DNA of 20,731 nucleotides from a bacterium (GTDB lineage Bacteria > Zhuqueibacterota > Zhuqueibacteria > Oceanimicrobiales > Oceanimicrobiaceae). The stretch spans positions 1 through 20,731 of the forward strand of contig JBHHXT010000077.1 of the NCBI GenBank assembly GCA_046757165.1. The letters run 5' to 3'. The notes beneath the pieces were generated by a model, which made no database searches, was not told where the DNA came from, and was given only the letters and a program-made list of their open reading frames with translations. Positions 17,356-20,731 of the stretch are shown one piece after another (positions within the stretch are counted from its first letter, which is position 1; the number at the start of each line of letters is the position of its first letter). A program made the position numbers and the translations under genes.

Positions 17356-18516
17356 TTAGAGTGGGTTGTCTCCACTGATCTCCAAACCCAGACACAGGTC
17401 ACCGGATCTGGCCCAAACGATATCCCACCTCGGCAGCCCCAACTGCCTCGGCGTCATTTCGAGCAATTCACTCCCGCCCTCGATAGCGTGCAAGAACACC
17501 GGCGCCGCCTCCGCGCCACAATGCGCACACACCGCCCGTTCCGCGCTAATGTTCTCGAGCGATTGCCACACCGGCACGGTCTGGCCGCAGGTCGGGCACG
17601 CCAGCGCCCGCACCAGCTCACGCGCCAGGTCGATGGCATCCAGCCCGCCCAGTTTTTGCCTCGCATACTCCGCGACCACGCTCAGCGGCGTCTCCGACGT
17701 CATCTGTGGCAGGGGCTCGATCTCCGGCGGCGGCTCGTGCCAGGGGCACTCCGGGTTGATCGGGTAAGTCACCGCGTAGGAGTCATGGCTGAGGCCGTCA
17801 AAAAAGTACCCTTTGCCTTGCAGGGTTTCGAGACCGTGCAGCCATTTGACTACCTCCTGCGCTTGCATGGCGCCGATAACCGAGGCCGTGGTCGGGGTGG
17901 TCGGAGTGCCGTTGTTGGCCAGTGCCCGCCGTTCCAGCAGCGAGCAGGAGCGGCGCTGGTTGATCTGCTGCCAGTCCGCCTGGCTCATGGTACACTCGTA
18001 GCACGAGCTCTCCGGCGGGTTGAAGCCGCGCACGATGCCGTGCAGCACCTCGATGCCGCCGTCTATCCACGGCTTTCCGACTTGTGCACAGGCGGCGTTG
18101 ACAAACACTCGCGCCTCACGATTGTCCAGCGCGCCGACCACCACATCGGCCCAGCGGAAGATGCCCAGTCCGATATCCGCCAGGATGTTGCCCACCATCG
18201 GGATGGGGTGGACTTCCGGGCAGATCTCCTGCATCATCACGGCGGCACACTCCGCTTTGCTCATGCCCTGATTCGAGGCGCGAAACAAAATCGAGCGTGT
18301 CAGGTTGCTTGCCTCGATGCAGTCCATATCCACGATGACGACGTGCCTCAATCCGAGCAGCGCGAAGTTCTTGAGCACCTCGTTGCCGAGGGCGCCGGCG
18401 CCCACCACCAGAACACGAGCCTTCTGCAAGCGTTCCTGTTGCCACCACTCGATTTTCTCGAAGCGGGCGTAGCGGCCCTCTTCAAGCCCGAGCGCAGCCG
18501 GCTCCCGGGGAGTCAT
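17356..18516 (-). CDS. Ubiquitin-activating enzyme E1 (ThiF/UBA family) with extended C-terminal Zn-ribbon/UFD-like region
   Basis: RYAR arginine finger, VLVVGAGALGNEVLKN, DMDCIEASNLTR, ALDNREAR, Zn ligands CYEC and CPWH, putative catalytic Cys in RRSC (17944-17946). About 125 extra C-terminal aa carry CPTC/CAHC. ATGA overlap with the Ubl stop codon. Confidence 0.92.
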   Translation of the reverse strand: MTPREPAALGLEEGRYARFEKIEWWQQERLQKARVLVVGAGALGNEVLKNFALLGLRHVVIVDMDCIEASNLTRSILFRASNQGMSKAECAAVMMQEICPEVHPIPMVGNILADIGLGIFRWADVVVGALDNREARVFVNAACAQVGKPWIDGGIEVLHGIVRGFNPPESSCYECTMSQADWQQINQRRSCSLLERRALANNGTPTTPTTASVIGAMQAQEVVKWLHGLETLQGKGYFFDGLSHDSYAVTYPINPECPWHEPPPEIEPLPQMTSETPLSVVAEYARQKLGGLDAIDLARELVRALACPTCGQTVPVWQSLENISAERAVCAHCGAEAAPVFLHAIEGGSELLEMTPRQLGLPRWDIVWARSGDLCLGLEISGDNPL

Positions 18517-18803
18517 CGTTTGTTCGACCCCGCACCGCCTGCGGTAATCTCCGGCTGCAACCGCAACTCGTCCCCCTCGCCCACGCCAACCTCAGAAAAA
18601 GTCTGATTGTCCAGAAGTTGTTGGCCAGTCCGCCGGTGGTGCAGCTTGTAGATCATGATCTGGCCATCCGGACTGTTGAGCGGCAGGTTCATGCGCTCGA
18701 CCAGGAGCGCGATGATGCGGTCGACCGCGATATCGTCCGGCGCTTCCACCTCGCGGCTGCGACTGCCAGAGATATCTGTGACGCGAACATGTAAGGTTGC
18801 CAT
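18513..18803 (-). CDS. Ubiquitin-like (beta-grasp) protein with diglycine followed by a 6-aa tail
   Basis: LHVRVTDISGSRSREVE beta-hairpin, helix VDRIIALLVERMNLP, YKL and LLDNQTFSEVGVGEGDELRL (compare ubiquitin [20 protein letters not shown]). Ends ITAGG-AGSNKR. AGGAGG SD. Confidence 0.9.
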   Translation of the reverse strand: MATLHVRVTDISGSRSREVEAPDDIAVDRIIALLVERMNLPLNSPDGQIMIYKLHHRRTGQQLLDNQTFSEVGVGEGDELRLQPEITAGGAGSNKR

Positions 18804-18875
18804 ATGTTTCCCTCCTGAGGGGCTAATGGCAGGTTTTAGTACCTGACCAGTTCTTTTCTGCCACCTTTTGGCAAG

Positions 18876-18915
18876 CCCCGGCTGTCCTATTGTATTCCTA
18901 AAATGACAGTCGGGG
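18876..18915. repeat. Inverted repeat upstream of the Ubl gene (possible hairpin or regulatory site)
   Basis: CCCCGGCTGTC (18876-18886) and GACAGTCGGGG (18905-18915) are 10/11 complementary, with an 18-nt AT-rich loop. Confidence 0.45.
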
Positions 18916-18974
18916 TAGGACTTTTTGTGGCCCCGCTTTTTTCGAATTTTGAGCTTAGGATTTCCGGCTTAGGT

Positions 18975-19610
18975 TTATTCTACAAGTAATCCGACAATGA
19001 CCAAAAAGACAAAACACACGACGATCAGGCCATTCCATGCAATGGCGGCCCATACGGAACCCTGGCCTTGCGTGCCTTTGTCGCGCGCACTCATCCCAAG
19101 AACGGCGCCCACAAAACTCGCACCCGCCGACGCAAACAACACCAGACCAAAGAAAGTCTCTGCCCCCTCCGAGTCGGCCATATTAATGAGCACAATGGAT
19201 ACGGCCATCAGCACGGTAGCCACAATGGCCAGGATGAACGACCAGGTGCGCATTCTTCGTTTTGGCGGCGACATTTCTTCGCCCATGCTCACGGCACAAT
19301 GCGGGCAGTAATGATAATAGGAGAAGACGAAATCGCAGGTTGCGCAGATAGGCGTGCGGCAAATGCAGCAAACGGCAGTGGCCGGCACCTCGCGGTGTGT
19401 CACGCACATCGTGCTCACGCCAGAGACCCTCCCTGCTCTTCCCGCCTGATCCGCCGTCGGCTCGCCGTTTGCGCATCCAGGACACTGATATTTTCCCTCC
19501 CCCTTCTCTTCAGCGCAGGCGTCGCACACCGGGGCGCTGCATGTTTCACAAAAGTGCTCAGCGGGGAGCTGGCGATGAAAACGACAGTATATTTCAGGGC
19601 TGGCCAACAT
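18975..19610 (-). CDS. Membrane protein with two tandem B-box-type zinc fingers and three C-terminal TM helices
   Basis: CRFH-x8-CETC-x4-CDAC...CPGC and CVTH-x8-CCIC-x4-CATC...CPHC, then three hydrophobic helices. GGAGGG SD before ATG 19610 (ORF track starts at TTG 19625). Confidence 0.8.
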   Translation of the reverse strand: MLASPEIYCRFHRQLPAEHFCETCSAPVCDACAEEKGEGKYQCPGCANGEPTADQAGRAGRVSGVSTMCVTHREVPATAVCCICRTPICATCDFVFSYYHYCPHCAVSMGEEMSPPKRRMRTWSFILAIVATVLMAVSIVLINMADSEGAETFFGLVLFASAGASFVGAVLGMSARDKGTQGQGSVWAAIAWNGLIVVCFVFLVIVGLLVE

Positions 19611-19642
19611 CTCATTTCCCTCCAATCTTGTAAAAGAGATGA

Positions 19643-20041
19643 TTACACGTTTTCCACCAGAGCTCCCAGAACACCTATCATGAAAAGGAAGATGTACACG
19701 CCTGCGATGACCAAGGCAGCCGTGGACTGGCCGGCACCCTCCAGTTGCGGGTCCTCTTTGATCATCCGTTTGGCTTTGAGCGCTTTGAAAATGGCCACCG
19801 GCTCGAGAATGAAGCCGATGCAGAACAGCCCAACAATGGCACAGGTCAGGGCGTCGCTGGCTTCCTTACACGGAACGGTTGGCCGGTGCTCCGGAACCGG
19901 CGGGCGCTTGACCGTCACATATTTGCACTCACCGCAGTACGTCTGCCCCTGAATCTCAACCAAACAGTTGGCGCAGAACCCCTCGGCACAGGCAACACAG
20001 CGCTCCACCGCTTCCACACCCGTGTGATTTGTGCATTCCAT
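19643..20041 (-). CDS. B-box-type zinc finger + DUF4190-like membrane protein
   Basis: CTNH-x8-CVAC-x4-CANC...YCGEC, then ALTCAIVGLFC.G.IL.PVAI.KA.KA...I......GAGQSTAAL. GGAGGGAG SD before ATG 20041. Confidence 0.8.
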   Translation of the reverse strand: MECTNHTGVEAVERCVACAEGFCANCLVEIQGQTYCGECKYVTVKRPPVPEHRPTVPCKEASDALTCAIVGLFCIGFILEPVAIFKALKAKRMIKEDPQLEGAGQSTAALVIAGVYIFLFMIGVLGALVENV

Positions 20042-20183
20042 GACTCTTGCTCCCTCCGTTATTGGGCGCGCGATCAAAATGAATGATGGATTGAATCGAA
20101 ACCATAGCAGGCCCACATGTCGTTCCTACTCTCTAATAAATAGACACATTGCAGGGTAGTTTTCTCTCAGGTTTGTGGCATTC

Positions 20184-20600
20184 TCAAGGCTCGAGCTCCG
20201 GCTCGCAGCAACATTCTGCCGCATAGACGAGGTCGCAAATCAGTGCCCATCTCCCTTTGTTGGGACCGTCCTTCGCCTGCTGACACTCACAGGCGTCCTC
20301 TTTTGCCGGCGCGCGCAAGATCTTTTGCGGACATCGTGGGTCGGTACAGTCATACCAGGTGTCACAAAAGCTCTTGGCCTGGTCCCAGGCAAGGCCGTAG
20401 GTGCTGTCAACGGCTGCTTTCTGTTCACATTCTTCTTTGCTGTCATACCATCCGTCAAACTCGTACCCCACGGGGACGTTGTCACACTCACAGGGCAAGC
20501 CTTTGGGATAGTCACTCCTGAACCCATCATCAGGCCGGCACACCATTGCCACGAGCGAAAAAACCAAAACGAGCAAAGGGCACCACAGGAGTCTCCTCAT
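20184..20600 (-). CDS. Small secreted or lipoprotein-like Cys-rich hypothetical protein
   Basis: Signal-like N-terminus MRRLLWCPLLVLVFSLVAMVC from ATG 20600, followed by 12 further Cys in ~117 aa including CEC twice and CCC. No family recognised. Confidence 0.55.
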   Translation of the reverse strand: MRRLLWCPLLVLVFSLVAMVCRPDDGFRSDYPKGLPCECDNVPVGYEFDGWYDSKEECEQKAAVDSTYGLAWDQAKSFCDTWYDCTDPRCPQKILRAPAKEDACECQQAKDGPNKGRWALICDLVYAAECCCEPELEP

Positions 20601-20731
20601 CTCAATTGTTCTCACAAAGTTTAGTTGTAGCGTGCGGCAAGCGGAATTCGGCACGCATGCTCCCTGTCATCAGGAGGACTCCTTCGGTTTCAGAAAGTGG
20701 CTGCCAGCAAAAGTTGAAAGACCTGGGGTGA

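Noticed and set aside
17311..18606. 431-aa plus-strand ORF
   Set aside because: Antisense shadow of E1; Arg/Ala-rich with no motifs.
17356..18803. ThiF/MoeB plus ThiS/MoaD sulfur-transfer pair for cofactor biosynthesis
   Set aside because: No thiamine, molybdopterin or cysteine synthesis genes and no rhodanese domain nearby. The E2 and RING in the cluster and the extended E1 C-terminus point to protein conjugation.
12626..18803. CBASS type II (Cap2/Cap3) or Pycsar
   Set aside because: No CD-NTase or cyclase in the window. E1 and E2 are separate genes and a free Ubl is present.
13754..18803. Type VII secretion (EsaB/YukD Ubl plus FHA as in EssC)
   Set aside because: No FtsK/SpoIIIE ATPase or WXG100 genes. 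The Ubl has a GG motif and is coupled to an E1.
19068..19952. 294-aa plus-strand ORF
   Set aside because: Antisense to two B-box genes that have clear SD sites and Zn-finger patterns.

Overview
Bacterial genomic window of moderately high GC. The secreted protein with a FlgD/T9SS-like C-terminal domain suggests an FCB-superphylum host such as KSB1 or Calditrichota (inference only). The left half holds mostly familiar genes: a partial membrane/sensor gene, an SPFH-NfeD pair, a CREST/ceramidase-type membrane hydrolase, a large multidomain beta-propeller phytase, a putative outer-membrane barrel and an alpha/beta hydrolase. The right half (12626-20041, all minus strand) is the highlight. It encodes an apparently complete, eukaryote-like ubiquitination cascade: a ubiquitin-like protein with GG plus a short tail, an E1 with a likely C-terminal UFD, an Rpn11-like JAB peptidase with a TM anchor, a membrane FHA protein, a membrane-anchored prokaryotic RING (putative E3) and an HPN-motif E2. 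Three further Zn-finger/B-box membrane proteins sit in or beside it. Directly downstream is an unusual amidase-TIR-KAP NTPase fusion. Intergenic regions contain several REP-like palindromes, a 132-bp MITE-like element inserted into a REP loop, and a candidate small RNA. All calls come from motif recognition by eye; no database searches were run.
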